From the IMG/VR virus record IMGVR_UViG_3300010279_000003, positions 1 to 44,407 of that record: a stretch of 44,407 bases of DNA, one strand, 5' to 3'. This document shows, piece by piece, positions 17,960-25,946 of this stretch. The DNA is from a virus (Duplodnaviria > Heunggongvirae > Uroviricota > Caudoviricetes). Both the position numbers and the translations under genes were made by a program. The notes beneath the pieces are model-generated. The model had not been told where the DNA came from, made no database searches, and saw only the letters and a list, made by a program, of their open reading frames with translations. How positions within the stretch are numbered: the first letter of the stretch is position 1; the number at the start of each line of letters is the position of its first letter.

Positions 17960-18505
17960 ATGAAGCTGAAACTCAAGCAGCCATCGCCAGAGGTGGTGCA
18001 AGCTGCACATGAAGAAGCTGTTAGCGCAAACCGTCGCCGTAAACGACCGCGCGGTAAACAGAGCCTTTATCAATCATCCCGTAATTCCGCCGCGTTGTGG
18101 GACCCGGACTATTGCGACGAATTGATTCGTTTCTTCGACCGCACGTCGTGGGAGCTTGTGCCTACCTCCAAAGGCGACGAACGCCCGCTGATTCAGGACA
18201 AACCGCCGTCACTGGCCCGCTTTGCCTTACGCATCGGCGTCACTATCCCGATTATTAAGCTGTGGCTGCGCGAGATTCCCGCATTCGCAGAAGCATGGGA
18301 GACAGCGCAGGCATTGGAAGAGGCATACTTCACTGAGACAGGGGCCGCAGGTATCTCTGCTACGTTTGCCGCTGCGAAACTTGGCCTTGGCAAAGAGAAA
18401 CCAGTTGAATCCGCCGAAGAAACGGCACCGACTGAGATTATTTTCAGTGTTGCGGAGCCTGTAGGTAAAATTGTAACAACGAACATGGGTGAGGTAGAGG
18501 AATGA
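17960..18505 (+). CDS. terS: Putative terminase small subunit
   Basis: Position immediately upstream of terL with overlapping stop/start; basic N-terminal region; ATG 17960 inside ORF-track ORF 17921..18505. Confidence 0.5.
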   Translation: MKLKLKQPSPEVVQAAHEEAVSANRRRKRPRGKQSLYQSSRNSAALWDPDYCDELIRFFDRTSWELVPTSKGDERPLIQDKPPSLARFALRIGVTIPIIKLWLREIPAFAEAWETAQALEEAYFTETGAAGISATFAAAKLGLGKEKPVESAEETAPTEIIFSVAEPVGKIVTTNMGEVEE

Positions 18506-19752
18506 GTATTCAGCTATCCGCGCCGCAGGCACTGTTCCTGAATTGTGACAACAAATACAAGGCCTACGTAGGCGGCTTCGGTAGTGGCAAGACGTTTGTC
18601 GGCTGCCTTGACCTGCTTACGTTTATGCTCAAGCACCCCGGTACGCGCCTGGGCTACTTCGGCCCGACCTATCCCGCCATCCGTGACATCTTCTACCCAA
18701 CATTCGAGGAAGCGGCTAACCTGCTCGGCCTTGATGTGCTGGTTAAATCCGGAGACAAAGAGGTTGTGGTTACTCGCGGTAAGACGGTGCTCGGAACGGT
18801 TATCTGCCGCTCTATGGATAACCCCGGCTCGATTGTGGGTTTCAAAATCGCCGCAGCATGCGTGGATGAGCTCGATGTATTGAGCCGAGAAAAAGCTGAA
18901 CTGGCATGGAACAAAATCGTCGCCCGTATGCGTCTGGTTATCCCTGATGTAACCAACCACATCTCCGTCACCACGACGCCGGAAGGGTTCAAGTTCGTCT
19001 ACGCCAAGTTCAAAGAGAACCCGACACCGAGTTACTCAATGGTGCAGGCTTCCACCCACGAGAACGCGCGATTCCTGCCGCCTGACTACATTAGCTCGCT
19101 GACCGAGACTTACCCAGCGCAACTGATTAACGCGTACCTGAATGGGGAGTTCGTTAACCTGACATCCGGCAGCGTCTACTACGCCTACGACCGACGTAAG
19201 CATCGCAGCAAAGAGACAATCCAACCGGGCGACACGCTGTACATCGGGCAGGACTTCAACGTTACGAAGAACGCCAGCGCCGTGTATGTGCAACGTAAAG
19301 ACGGCTGGCACGCGGTAGCAGAACTGAAGGGCCTGTTCGATACGCCAGATACCGTGCGTGTGATTACCGAGAAGTGGAAGTCGCAAGGCCACCGCATCGT
19401 CGTTTACCCGGACGCCAGCGGCAAGAACCGCAAAACCAACTCGGCGTCAATCTCCGATATCGCCTTACTACAGCAGGCCGGTTTTGATGTTCGCGCTAAA
19501 TCCGCCAACCCACCGGTTAAAGACCGTGTTTTAGCCGTGAATACCGCGCTGGAAAAAGGTAAGCTGTGGGTTAACGACCACTTATGCCCTGAGATAGCGA
19601 AGACACTGGAGCAGCAGGCATATGATGATAACGGAGAGCCTGCTAAAGACGGCGTCATTGACCATATGGCGGATGCTCTCGGCTATCCTGTAGTTTATGA
19701 GATGCCGGTGGTTAAACCAGTAATCAACATCCCGGTGACTTTCGCACTTTAA
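18502..19752 (+). CDS. terL: Terminase large subunit
   Basis: Walker A (YVGGFGSGKTFVG) in N-terminal ATPase region; 416 aa. Confidence 0.85.
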   Translation: MSIQLSAPQALFLNCDNKYKAYVGGFGSGKTFVGCLDLLTFMLKHPGTRLGYFGPTYPAIRDIFYPTFEEAANLLGLDVLVKSGDKEVVVTRGKTVLGTVICRSMDNPGSIVGFKIAAACVDELDVLSREKAELAWNKIVARMRLVIPDVTNHISVTTTPEGFKFVYAKFKENPTPSYSMVQASTHENARFLPPDYISSLTETYPAQLINAYLNGEFVNLTSGSVYYAYDRRKHRSKETIQPGDTLYIGQDFNVTKNASAVYVQRKDGWHAVAELKGLFDTPDTVRVITEKWKSQGHRIVVYPDASGKNRKTNSASISDIALLQQAGFDVRAKSANPPVKDRVLAVNTALEKGKLWVNDHLCPEIAKTLEQQAYDDNGEPAKDGVIDHMADALGYPVVYEMPVVKPVINIPVTFAL

Positions 19753-19764
19753 GAGGATTATTCA

Positions 19765-21234
19765 ATGTTAACTATGAACGGTCAGAATCAGGGTGTTAAG
19801 ACAAAACACCGGGAATGGCTACATCACTTCAATAAATGGCAGAAGGTGCGCCACGCGCTGGAAGGCGACCTCATCCGTTACCTGCGCAATGTCGGGAAGA
19901 ACGAGCCTGACCCGACCTATGCGGCACAGCGCCAGGAAGAATACGAGAACGGCGCTATCTGCTACAACTTCACTAAACGTACCCTGGCGGGGATGGTCGG
20001 CAGTGTTATGTGTAAAGACCCTGAGCAGATTATCCCGCCTGAACTTGAGTACCTGTTACGCAACGCTGACGGTTCAGGTGTCGGGCTATGGCAGCACGCG
20101 CAGGATACGCTAATGGAGATTGATTCGGTGGGCCGCGGCGGGTTGCTGGTTGACGCCCCGGAGACAGCCGCGGCGACAGCGGCGGAACAGAACGCGGGGT
20201 TATTAAACCCGGTCATCGCATTTTATACCGCGGAGAACATCATTAACTGGCGGCTTACCCGCGTCGGTTCAGTTAACCGTGTGACAATGGTCGTGCTGCG
20301 TGAGGTGTTGGAATACTCAGAACCAGGGGAAGAGTTTGAAACAAAAGTCGGTGAACAGTACCGTGTCCTTGACCTGGTTGAGGGCCGCTACCGTCAGCGC
20401 ATTTACCGATTCGATGTCGAAGGTGGCGCACAGGGTGATGTAATCGAAATATTCCCGGAACTCGGCGAACAGTTACGTGGCAAAATCCCGTTCACGTTCA
20501 TTGGGGCGAGCAACAACGATGCGACCATCGACGACGCGCCTTTGCTGCCGTTGGCAGAGCTTAATATCGGGCATTTCCGCAACAGTGCAGACAATGAGGA
20601 GTCCAGCTTTGTTGTAGGGCAACCCACTCTGTTCATCGCCCCGGGCGAGAACATGAGCATGGAACAATGGAAAGAAGCCAACCCACACGGTGTGCGCATG
20701 GGGTCGCGTTCAGGTCATAACATCGGCTACGGCGGCAATGCGTTTCTGGTTCAGGCGGGAGAGAACAACCTTGCTAAGCAGAACATGCTGGATAAAGAGA
20801 ATCAGGCCATCCAGATTGGCGCACAGCTTATCACCCCGACGCAGCAAATCACCGCTGAATCGGCCCGTCTGCAACGCGGCGCTGACACGTCTGTTATGGC
20901 GACAATCGCACGTAACGTAAGCATGGCGTACACCGATGCGTTGCGCTGGGTGGCTGCGATGCTAGGGTTGCGTGAAGGCACAGAGATTGAGTTCAAACTG
21001 AATATGGAGTTCTTCCTGCAACCGATGACCGCTCAGGACCGCGCTCAGTGGATGGCTGATATTAACGCAGGCCTGTTACCGGCTACCGCCTACTACGCGG
21101 CATTGCGTAAGGCGGGTGTAACCGACTGGACTGACGAGGATATTCAGAACGCAATCGAGGATACACCGCTGCCGTTAGGTGCGGTTACTCAGGTGACAGG
21201 CGAGATTCCGCAGGAGCCGCGGCAACAGGAGTAA
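19765..21234 (+). CDS. Portal protein
   Basis: 489 aa immediately after terL, acidic C-terminus; assignment by position and size. Confidence 0.75.
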   Translation: MLTMNGQNQGVKTKHREWLHHFNKWQKVRHALEGDLIRYLRNVGKNEPDPTYAAQRQEEYENGAICYNFTKRTLAGMVGSVMCKDPEQIIPPELEYLLRNADGSGVGLWQHAQDTLMEIDSVGRGGLLVDAPETAAATAAEQNAGLLNPVIAFYTAENIINWRLTRVGSVNRVTMVVLREVLEYSEPGEEFETKVGEQYRVLDLVEGRYRQRIYRFDVEGGAQGDVIEIFPELGEQLRGKIPFTFIGASNNDATIDDAPLLPLAELNIGHFRNSADNEESSFVVGQPTLFIAPGENMSMEQWKEANPHGVRMGSRSGHNIGYGGNAFLVQAGENNLAKQNMLDKENQAIQIGAQLITPTQQITAESARLQRGADTSVMATIARNVSMAYTDALRWVAAMLGLREGTEIEFKLNMEFFLQPMTAQDRAQWMADINAGLLPATAYYAALRKAGVTDWTDEDIQNAIEDTPLPLGAVTQVTGEIPQEPRQQE

Positions 21235-21242
21235 AATAGAAA

Positions 21243-21268
21243 AGCCCCATTACGGGGCTTTATTTTAT
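21243..21268. terminator. Bidirectional intrinsic terminator between portal (+) and 21265..21447 (-)
   Basis: Stem AGCCCC/GGGGCT with T-rich tracts on both sides. Confidence 0.6.
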
Positions 21269-21447
21269 ACATCTCTGCTCGCCAGATAGTCACAGCGAGC
21301 TATGGCTAAGGATAAGCTACGGTATGCGCTATCGGATTTAGCGTGGGTAAACCCAGAAATCATTACGTAATACACCCCTTTATCGTTTAGAACCCAGTAT
21401 TTGCCGTTTTCGTGCATTATGTCTTTTTCTTTGAACATTTTAACCAC
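21265..21447 (-). CDS. Hypothetical protein, orphan minus-strand gene in the late region
   Basis: 60 aa; own class B promoter and RBS. Confidence 0.5.
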   Translation of the reverse strand: MVKMFKEKDIMHENGKYWVLNDKGVYYVMISGFTHAKSDSAYRSLSLAIARCDYLASRDV

Positions 21448-21467
21448 CCCCTGTTTAAGTTATCTGA

Positions 21468-21496
21468 ATAGTACCCTATTATATTGGTGTCTGCAA
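21468..21496 (-). promoter_or_regulatory. Sigma70-like promoter, class B (TTGCAG-N17-TACTAT)
   Basis: Read on minus strand; about 45 bp nearly identical to the copy at 24318..24346. Confidence 0.6.
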
Positions 21497-21540
21497 ATAT
21501 TATTTTTATGCGTTACACTGGCGATACTACGGGAGGGCCT

Positions 21541-22584
21541 ATGAGCTTACTTACATCTCTAATCAGCCACCAAATATGGCTGCAACGCACCGCATCCGGT
21601 GAAGTGAAAGACCTCGCACCGTTCCTTCAGGAGATGCGGGACGAAATCAAACGGCAGGTGCTGTTATTCGGTGACGACGGGCGAAGCACCGCGCGGCTGA
21701 ATAAGCTGTTACGCGACCTTGAAGAAGCACTGACAGGACTTACAGGCGACTGGCAAACAAAGCTGACAGAAGACCTTAAGGAGCTGGCGGCGTATGAGGC
21801 TGAGTGGAATGTGAAGACACTTACGGCTAATGTTAACGCTGAATTTGTTACTCCGACCGCTGAGCAGGTGTGGTCTGCTGCCGTGTTTCAACCGCTGGCG
21901 TTAAATGACAAGCCTGTCGATTTCACCAAGCTGATGGAAGGCTGGGGTGAAACAGAAGTGTCTCGCCTGGTAACCGGCGTTAAGATGGGCTTTGTACAGG
22001 GCCAAACCACACGGCAGATTGTTAAGAATGTCGTAGGCGCTGGTGGGCTGGCAGACATCTCGGAACGAAACGCAGCTACGGTAATACGCACCGCGCTGTC
22101 CCATGTATCGAACGAAGCCCGCAATGAGACGTACCGACAGAATGACGACATCATCGAGAAGTACGAATGGGTGTCAACGCTGGACAGCCGTACCAGTACG
22201 ATTTGCAGAGCCAGAGACGGAATGACGTGGGAAATTGGTAAAGGTCCGATGCCCCCCGCCCATTTTGGATGTCGAAGTACCACTGCACCGGTAATCAGTT
22301 CGGAGTTCGACTTCCTAGATAAAGGTGCAAAACGCGCGGCTAAGGGTGCGGACGGCGGTATGCAGGTAAGCGCAGACACCACCTATTACGAGTTCCTGAA
22401 ACAGCAACCGGCATGGTTCGTGGATGAAGCACTCGGACCTACCCGCGGTGCTATATTCAGGAATAGTGGGATATCCCCAGAGGAATTCCGGGTAATATCC
22501 GTCGACGCTTTTGGTAGACCTTTAACCTTGAAGGAGATGGCGGCGTTAGATAACAGGGTTGCTGAATATCTTAGGTCGGTATAA
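21541..22584 (+). CDS. Head morphogenesis / minor head protein
   Basis: Position after portal; start ATG 21541 with GGAGG RBS inside ORF-track ORF 21484..22584. Confidence 0.6.
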   Translation: MSLLTSLISHQIWLQRTASGEVKDLAPFLQEMRDEIKRQVLLFGDDGRSTARLNKLLRDLEEALTGLTGDWQTKLTEDLKELAAYEAEWNVKTLTANVNAEFVTPTAEQVWSAAVFQPLALNDKPVDFTKLMEGWGETEVSRLVTGVKMGFVQGQTTRQIVKNVVGAGGLADISERNAATVIRTALSHVSNEARNETYRQNDDIIEKYEWVSTLDSRTSTICRARDGMTWEIGKGPMPPAHFGCRSTTAPVISSEFDFLDKGAKRAAKGADGGMQVSADTTYYEFLKQQPAWFVDEALGPTRGAIFRNSGISPEEFRVISVDAFGRPLTLKEMAALDNRVAEYLRSV

Positions 22585-22640
22585 AGTATATCTAGTAGCT
22601 AGCTTTGGTCGGTGAACTACTAAAAATAGAGAAAGAATAT

Positions 22641-22698
22641 AACCCCATGAAGGTATGCCTATCTCTGGCATCGACCAATCTTCATGGGGTTTTCTTAT
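22641..22698 (+). terminator. Long hairpin (12-bp stem AACCCCATGAAG/CTTCATGGGGTT) with T-rich tail
   Basis: Inverted repeat read directly; the ORF-track start at 22655 lies inside it. Confidence 0.45.
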
Positions 22699-22708
22699 AG
22701 GGTTTAAT

Positions 22709-23278
22709 ATGGGAATTGTTTTTGGTGTGGGTATTAACGATGTTTCACCAATAAGTTGCGGAGGGGTGCATATAGCGTCCTACGCCGTATGGAAGAACAT
22801 GTTAAAGAGGTGCTACGACAAGAAATGGCAGCAAAGAAACAGAACTTATATAGGTTGCCGCGTGTCGGACGATTGGTTGGTGTTCAGTAATTTCAAGGTC
22901 TGGTTTGATGATTTTTATGTACCTGGGTGGCAGATAGATAAGGATTTACTTAACCCGGGAAATAAGGTTTACGATGCTTCTAACTGTGTTTTCATCCCTA
23001 AATCCCTCAATACTTTCCTAACAGCCCACGACGCTCTTCGAGGCGAACACCCACTCGGCGTACATTTCCATAAACAAAAGAAAAGATTCATCGCTCAAGT
23101 ATCCGTGGATGGCGTATCTGAACAAATAGGCGCTTACGAAACCGCTCAAGAGGCACACGTAGCATGGTTTCATAGAAAAATTGAATTAGCATATGAATAC
23201 AAAGGTCTTTGCGATAGCATAGACCCACGCCTTTTCGAAGGCGTCTTACGTAAGATTAACTCAATGAAAGAGGTTTAG
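22709..23278 (+). CDS. AP2-domain protein, homing-endonuclease-like
   Basis: C-terminal AP2-like segment (GVHFHKQKKRFIAQVSVDGVSEQIGAYETAQEAHVAW); no clear HNH histidines seen in the N-terminal part. Confidence 0.5.
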   Translation: MGIVFGVGINDVSPISCGGVHIASYAVWKNMLKRCYDKKWQQRNRTYIGCRVSDDWLVFSNFKVWFDDFYVPGWQIDKDLLNPGNKVYDASNCVFIPKSLNTFLTAHDALRGEHPLGVHFHKQKKRFIAQVSVDGVSEQIGAYETAQEAHVAWFHRKIELAYEYKGLCDSIDPRLFEGVLRKINSMKEV

Positions 23279-23281
23279 TTT

Positions 23282-23740
23282 ATGGGCTTTTTTAAAGTAA
23301 CTGATGTGCCGTCGCGTCGCGTAGTCCAGTACGCCCGTGTATCCGGTTCTGGTGAGAACGTAACCTACGTTGAAGATGAAAGTGTACTAGGTACACCTGT
23401 AGACGAGATGCCGTATGCGGACAAGACCGGTATCGCACTCTCTGCTGCTGGTATGCTTTATGAGATTCCGTATCTGGCAGATGCTGGTGATGTGTATTTC
23501 TCTGTGCAACCGAAAGACACCGAGCTGGTCGACGGTAGCGCCACCATCACTGTCGAAGTTAAGGCGGGTAAAGCGCCGTATGTACTGACCTGGTACAAAG
23601 ACGGGAAGGAAGTGGTGAACGCCCCGGAAGAGGCTCTGTCTCTGACTGTTAATGCGGCTGGTGAATACTTCGTTAAAGTTACTGATGCCGATGGTGCGGA
23701 GGCCGTAAGCAAAGCGGCGAAGGTCTCTAAACCAGGATGA
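23282..23740 (+). CDS. Ig-like domain protein (possible capsid decoration)
   Basis: YVLTWYKDGKEV...GEYFVKVTDADG pattern typical of Ig-like domains. Confidence 0.5.
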   Translation: MGFFKVTDVPSRRVVQYARVSGSGENVTYVEDESVLGTPVDEMPYADKTGIALSAAGMLYEIPYLADAGDVYFSVQPKDTELVDGSATITVEVKAGKAPYVLTWYKDGKEVVNAPEEALSLTVNAAGEYFVKVTDADGAEAVSKAAKVSKPG

Positions 23741-23744
23741 TAAA

Positions 23745-23773
23745 AGGCCCCATAATGGGGCCTTAGTTTTATT
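23745..23773. terminator. Bidirectional intrinsic terminator
   Basis: Stem AGGCCCC/GGGGCCT, loop ATAAT, T-rich tail. Confidence 0.6.
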
Positions 23774-24290
23774 TAAATCGCGCAGGCATTAACACCATAA
23801 AGGCCGTGTTTGAAAATTGTATTTTGCATCCTCTGGTTTGGTCCTGGAAATCGAAACGAGCAATTTCATTTTTGTATGCCTTAGAAATCTTGTACGCGTC
23901 TGCCAAATAGCGCAGAGTGAACCCTATACTGTCGACAACACCCGGTGTGATGTGCGCCACGCGTCTCCAGTCAGGAAAGTTTCCTTCTACAACATCTACC
24001 GGAAGTGTACATATAAGCGCACGATTATCGTCATAGAAAGATACACTGCCGTTGTCGTGGTTTACCTCTGCGTAGTTAAATTTAGAAGGCTCTCTCCCTT
24101 TGATGTCTATGAGAGTCCCTTTCTCAACGTTGGTCTTCACATTGTCGCAGAACAATCTATGACTGTCCGTAGACACTATCAATCCTTCAGGGTCTATGTA
24201 AAAAGCGTTCAAATAGTAGCGCACATCATTTTTAGCCCTGCATATTTTCGCCCCTACATACGCAGGGAAAGTAATTACTGTAGTAACCAT
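23769..24290 (-). CDS. Truncated beta sliding clamp (DnaN) homologue: domain II plus the C-terminal half of domain III, no domain I
   Basis: Matches to E. coli DnaN as I recall it: DVRYYLN, TDSHRL (vs TDGHRL), FPDWRRV (vs FPDYRRV), IGF..YL.D, C-terminal VLMPARF (vs VVMPMRL); own promoter and AGGAG RBS. Confidence 0.7.
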   Translation of the reverse strand: MVTTVITFPAYVGAKICRAKNDVRYYLNAFYIDPEGLIVSTDSHRLFCDNVKTNVEKGTLIDIKGREPSKFNYAEVNHDNGSVSFYDDNRALICTLPVDVVEGNFPDWRRVAHITPGVVDSIGFTLRYLADAYKISKAYKNEIARFDFQDQTRGCKIQFSNTAFMVLMPARFK

Positions 24291-24317
24291 TTATCATCTC
24301 CTGTTTAAGTTAACTGA

Positions 24318-24346
24318 ATAGTACCCTATTATATTGGTGTGCGCAA
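24318..24346 (-). promoter_or_regulatory. Sigma70-like promoter, class B (TTGCGC-N17-TACTAT) driving the DnaN-like gene
   Basis: Read on minus strand; conserved leader TTAACTTAAACAGGAG follows. Confidence 0.6.
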
Positions 24347-24399
24347 ACTATTTGTTTATATATTCCAGTTATTCCGCTCAATTGTAAATGTTGGAATAA

Positions 24400-24413
24400 A
24401 CTATTCGAATAGT
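24400..24413. promoter_or_regulatory. Perfect 14-bp palindrome ACTATTCGAATAGT (operator-like)
   Basis: Read directly; built from the ACTATTC element found in the promoter family; abuts TTGACT at 24413. Confidence 0.5.
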
Positions 24414-24441
24414 TGACTTTTCACTAAAAATATGATAAGCT
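24413..24441 (+). promoter_or_regulatory. Candidate promoter (TTGACT-N17-TAAGCT)
   Basis: Consensus -35, weak -10; same TAAG-T type -10 as the candidate at 12024..12052. Confidence 0.35.
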
Positions 24442-24447
24442 CCACCT

Positions 24448-24645
24448 GAGCTTGTGAAGTATGAGCAAGCGACCGCGGCGCGGCAGGTAACGGAGCTGGA
24501 CGTAAGTCCTGAGTGTAGTTACGCTGACGCGTTCGGAAGGGCCATACTCTATTGCTTGTGTAAAAAGTAACTGGTTTACTGAGATTACGCCGTTTCTATG
24601 TTTAAATGATAAGGACTAGCGCCCCGCTTTAAGGCGGGGCTTTAC
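24448..24645 (+). ncRNA. Candidate non-coding transcript or leader (~200 nt) between promoter and terminator
   Basis: No ORF of 60 aa or more in the ORF track; only very short ORFs or a 37-codon GTG frame without convincing RBS. Confidence 0.3.
24621..24645 (+). terminator. Intrinsic terminator upstream of the spanin genes
   Basis: Stem GCCCCGC/GCGGGGC, loop TTTAAG, T-rich tail. Confidence 0.55.
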
Positions 24646-24664
24646 TTATCGAGAAAGGGGAAAC

Positions 24665-25051
24665 ATGAATCTTAAAGCAACTGTCGTAGCCGGAGCATGT
24701 TTCGTCGTCCTAGCCTACGCACACGGCATCTATCAATACCGCAGCGGCTGGGGTGAAGGCCGTGCTAATCTCGTTTCGCAGCAACAGCAGAAAGCACAGG
24801 CTGAGCTGACGAAGAAAACACAACGGCAGCAGCAGGATGAATCAAAGGCCGCCGCCGCTGACAACGAAGGCAAGACGAAATCAGAGGTGATTACCCGTGA
24901 AGTCGTTAAGTACATTAAAACGCCTGGCCGCAGCGTGTGCACTTTCGACGATGCTCGCGTCCTGCTCAAGTCCCACGCCGTTGCCAACGCCAATTCCATC
25001 CCCGGATACGACGATGATGCAGCCGCCGTGCAAACTGGCACCGCCAAGTAG
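24665..25051 (+). CDS. i-spanin (Rz-like)
   Basis: N-terminal transmembrane segment, then charged Q/K/E-rich periplasmic region; 128 aa. Confidence 0.7.
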   Translation: MNLKATVVAGACFVVLAYAHGIYQYRSGWGEGRANLVSQQQQKAQAELTKKTQRQQQDESKAAAADNEGKTKSEVITREVVKYIKTPGRSVCTFDDARVLLKSHAVANANSIPGYDDDAAAVQTGTAK

Positions 25052-25160
25052 CGACGCTGACGAGGATTTAGCTATCGACGTTCAGAACGCCGAATGTGTA
25101 CGGCAACTGAGACTGAAAGTGTTCATGTTGCAGGATTACGTGAGGAATATTCTGGAATAG
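24897..25160 (+). CDS. o-spanin (Rz1-like lipoprotein), overlapping the i-spanin in another frame
   Basis: Lipobox LASC after basic N-region, proline-rich mature part; GTG start 24897 with GAGGTG RBS. Confidence 0.65.
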   Translation: MKSLSTLKRLAAACALSTMLASCSSPTPLPTPIPSPDTTMMQPPCKLAPPSSDADEDLAIDVQNAECVRQLRLKVFMLQDYVRNILE

Positions 25161-25242
25161 TTGCCTTGTATGTTGGAATAATTTATTCTTGACATGTAAA
25201 TCCGGGAGGCCCGGATTCCAACGTCCAGGGGACATACTGACT

Positions 25243-25944
25243 ATGAATCGTTTTTTACACTATCCGTTCCAGGAAGAAGCTGGGGCAGAAGATAAATCTG
25301 GCGGTGGCGACGCTCCAAAAATGTTCACCGCTGAAGAAGTTCAGGCGATGATTGAGAAAGAAGTTGCCGGACTTAAGGCCAATCAGGAAGCATTGCTGGC
25401 GGAGAAGAAAGAAGCCGCCCGTAAAGCAAAAGAGGCCGAAGAGGAACGTCAGCGCGCGCACCAGGAGGCGCTAAAAGCCGCCGGTAAGATGGACGAGTTC
25501 GAAAAGACGATTCGTAGCCAGTATGACCCGGTGTTAGCCGAGAAAGATGGTCGCATAACCAAAATGGCTGAGCGCATCCTCGGCAGCGAACGTAAAGCGG
25601 TGTTAGGCTCTTTCGCAGGTGACTTTATTACCCCGGAAGCAGTAGACATTCTTGCTCCGTTCGTTAAGACTGAGTTCGAAGGTGATGATGTGGTTACTAA
25701 GTTTGTTGGGCCAGACGGCGGTGTAATCACGACTGACCCTGAACAGTTCCGCAAATACCTGCGCGAACACAAAGCGTTTTCGCATTTGATTAAAGCAAAT
25801 GCAGCTTCCGGCGGCGGGGCTTCCGGTGGCAAAGGCGGCGGGGCCGCACCAGCGTTTAAAGACATGAGTGAAGCGGAGCGTTTAGCTCTGTATAAATCGA
25901 ACCCTGCCGAATTTGAACGGCAACTTAAAGCCCTGAGGAAATAA
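25243..25944 (+). CDS. Putative scaffolding protein
   Basis: Charged coiled-coil-like protein immediately upstream of the capsid gene; ATG 25243 inside ORF-track ORF 25189..25944. Confidence 0.55.
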   Translation: MNRFLHYPFQEEAGAEDKSGGGDAPKMFTAEEVQAMIEKEVAGLKANQEALLAEKKEAARKAKEAEEERQRAHQEALKAAGKMDEFEKTIRSQYDPVLAEKDGRITKMAERILGSERKAVLGSFAGDFITPEAVDILAPFVKTEFEGDDVVTKFVGPDGGVITTDPEQFRKYLREHKAFSHLIKANAASGGGASGGKGGGAAPAFKDMSEAERLALYKSNPAEFERQLKALRK

Positions 25945-25946
25945 TA

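Noticed and set aside
22655-22708. Upstream start of the AP2-domain gene as given by the ORF track
   Set aside because: The extension lies inside a 12-bp-stem hairpin; the ATG at 22709 after the hairpin is the more plausible start
24448-24620. tRNA in the promoter-terminator interval
   Set aside because: No cloverleaf could be drawn by eye: no T-arm with GTTCGAATC-like loop and no matching acceptor stem
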